From positions 1,280,001 to 1,344,000 of the forward strand of contig CAVTRN010000002.1 in assembly GCA_963737155.1 (NCBI GenBank): DNA of 64,000 nucleotides, in the 5' to 3' direction. A program made the position numbers and the translations under genes. Numbering within the stretch: position 1 is the first letter of the stretch; each line of letters opens with the position of its first letter. The notes below the pieces were generated by a model that ran no database searches, had not been told where the DNA came from, and saw nothing but the letters and a program-made list of their open reading frames with translations. This stretch comes from Nitrospirota bacterium (GTDB lineage: Bacteria; Nitrospirota; UBA9217). Shown here in pieces: positions 62,263-64,000 of the stretch.

Positions 62263-64000
62263 ATGAACAAGATGGTGAATATGGAATTTGACGGCAAGGC
62301 GGTATCGGTCCCCGAGGGAATGACCCTCGTCGATGCCGCGGCGACTGTCGGGATACACATCCCGAACCTGTGCCACATTAAGGAACTGCGCGGCGTAGGT
62401 GCCTGCCGCATGTGCATGGTCGAAATTGAGGGCATGAAAACGCCGGTTACCGGCTGCACGACGCGCACGAAGGAGGGCATGAAGGTCCAGACCAAGACCG
62501 CCAAGGTCGAGGAAATAAGGAAATTCGTGACCGACCTGGTCCTGTCTTTCCATCCGCTCGATTGCATGACCTGCCCCAAGGCGGGAAGTTGCGACCTCCA
62601 GCGGTATGCAGCAGACCTCGGCATCCGAGAATCATCCTTCGGGAGAAAGAGCTTCAATTACGAGCTGAATGACCGCAGTCCCTTCATCACCATCGACAAT
62701 AACTACTGTATTCTTTGCGGCCGTTGTGTGCGTGTCTGCAAGGAACAGGGAACGAATGTGCTCGATTTCATGGGCCGCGGTATCATGACTAAGGTTTCCA
62801 CGGCAATGGACAAGCCCCTTCATGAGTCAGGATGCACGTTCTGCGGGTCCTGCGTGGATGCCTGCCCTGTAAACACGATCATGGAACGTGACCGCTGGCA
62901 GCACGGCAGGGAATGGGACCTCGAAAAGCACGACACGGTGTGCACGGCCTGTGCTTCCGGCTGCAGCGTCACTACGAGCAGCAAAGATGGCAAAATCATA
63001 AAAGTAAACGCAAAGGAAGACAACGGGTACATCTGTGCCATCGGCCGGTTCGGATTCGACTCTCTTCACTCCTCAAACCGCATCACTACGCCGATGAAAA
63101 AGCAGGGCAATAAACTCGTTCCCACCACTTGGGAAGATGCTTTGGAAATAGCGGCAACAGGCCTCAAAAAAGCAGGCGTCAACGCAGGGTTCATTGCCTC
63201 CGGCTCGATTACCACTGAAGAGGCCTATGCCGTTCAATCGCTCGCCCGCGACGTATTGGGCAGCGGCAATATTGACACATCGTCGTCCTCTTATGCATCG
63301 GGCCTCATTTCCGCGCTCCGTATCATGCATGGCAACAGCGGGGTGAGCATTGCGTCTCGTGCTGACCTCCATGGCGCCGATTGCGTGGTCGTGATCGGTT
63401 CTGATCCTTCGCAAAAAAAACAGTCACTCCAGGAAATGGACGTTATGATCCGGAGACGGGCCCAGGCAGGTGCAAAAATAGTTGTAATCAGCACGGTCAA
63501 GACAGACCTTGCCAGCCACCAGAACGCCATCCATATCCAATTGAAACCGGGCACGGATCGTATCTTGCTCGCGGGGCTAATGTCGGCGGCCCTTGCCGAA
63601 GGTGCGGCTCCGTCGGCAAAAGGGCTAGATGCGCTCAAGAAGTCCTTGGTTAGCGTCGATGAAGCGGCAGCCGGATCAGGCGTTTCAACAGACCAGATTG
63701 TTGCCGCCGCCAAGGTTTTTGCTGCAGCTAAACAGCCCGTCGTTGTGATCGGGACAGGGATCTCCGCTGCTGAAGAAGCTTCGCTGCAGGCCCTCAATCT
63801 GGCATTGATCAAAAACGCTGGTGTGCTGCCGCTGATGCCCGAAGTGAATGTTCTGGGTGTCCTTCAGGCGGGATGCCGGTCTGACATGAAACCGGGCTTT
63901 GCCAAAGTTCAAATATCCGGTACTGGATATCAGGACATGAAGTCAGGCATGAAGGCGCTGTTGATAGTGGGCGCGCTTCCTGACGCTGACTTCAATTCGG
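62263..64000 (+). CDS. NuoG/FdhA/SfrA-like Fe-S protein with molybdopterin-oxidoreductase-like fold (3'-truncated by window)
   Basis: Not in ORF track (no stop in window); IPNLCH..GACRMC, HPLDCMTCPKAGSC, CILCGRC, CTFCGSC, CTACASGC...CAIGRFG. Confidence 0.88.
   Translation, partial: MNKMVNMEFDGKAVSVPEGMTLVDAAATVGIHIPNLCHIKELRGVGACRMCMVEIEGMKTPVTGCTTRTKEGMKVQTKTAKVEEIRKFVTDLVLSFHPLDCMTCPKAGSCDLQRYAADLGIRESSFGRKSFNYELNDRSPFITIDNNYCILCGRCVRVCKEQGTNVLDFMGRGIMTKVSTAMDKPLHESGCTFCGSCVDACPVNTIMERDRWQHGREWDLEKHDTVCTACASGCSVTTSSKDGKIIKVNAKEDNGYICAIGRFGFDSLHSSNRITTPMKKQGNKLVPTTWEDALEIAATGLKKAGVNAGFIASGSITTEEAYAVQSLARDVLGSGNIDTSSSSYASGLISALRIMHGNSGVSIASRADLHGADCVVVIGSDPSQKKQSLQEMDVMIRRRAQAGAKIVVISTVKTDLASHQNAIHIQLKPGTDRILLAGLMSAALAEGAAPSAKGLDALKKSLVSVDEAAAGSGVSTDQIVAAAKVFAAAKQPVVVIGTGISAAEEASLQALNLALIKNAGVLPLMPEVNVLGVLQAGCRSDMKPGFAKVQISGTGYQDMKSGMKALLIVGALPDADFNS

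Noticed and set aside
1-64000. CRISPR array, rRNA or tRNA genes
   Set aside because: No regularly spaced direct repeats or recognisable RNA-gene motifs seen by eye

Overview
Bacterial chromosomal window, moderately GC-rich and mostly housekeeping. Gene content and order suggest Nitrospirota or a Desulfobacterota-like anaerobe (inference). Core genes: psd-pssA-leuACDB-asd-asd2, suhB, pyrFE, an RpoD-like sigma factor, a PilMNO/secretin/pseudopilin (T2SS-like) cluster, glmU-glmS-aspS, a cold-shock protein, an HD-GYP protein, a DEAD-box helicase, tsaD, DAHP synthase, glgC and the start of a NuoE/NuoF/NuoG-like flavo-FeS operon. The main finding is a 2636-aa polypeptide (39180-47090, minus) that fuses FixC-like oxidoreductase, FixX-like ferredoxin, two complementary acyl-CoA dehydrogenase half-sites, EtfB and EtfA. 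It looks like a complete acyl-CoA-to-quinone electron chain in one protein. Next to it is a small CxxC-U-CxxC selenoprotein candidate with an in-frame TGA and a SECIS-like hairpin, missed by the ORF track. Also present: a 10-heme cytochrome, an intact IS200-type tnpA, three decayed copies of one tnpB element, REP-like hairpin doublets and several frameshifted genes. All calls come from reading motifs by eye; no database searches were run.
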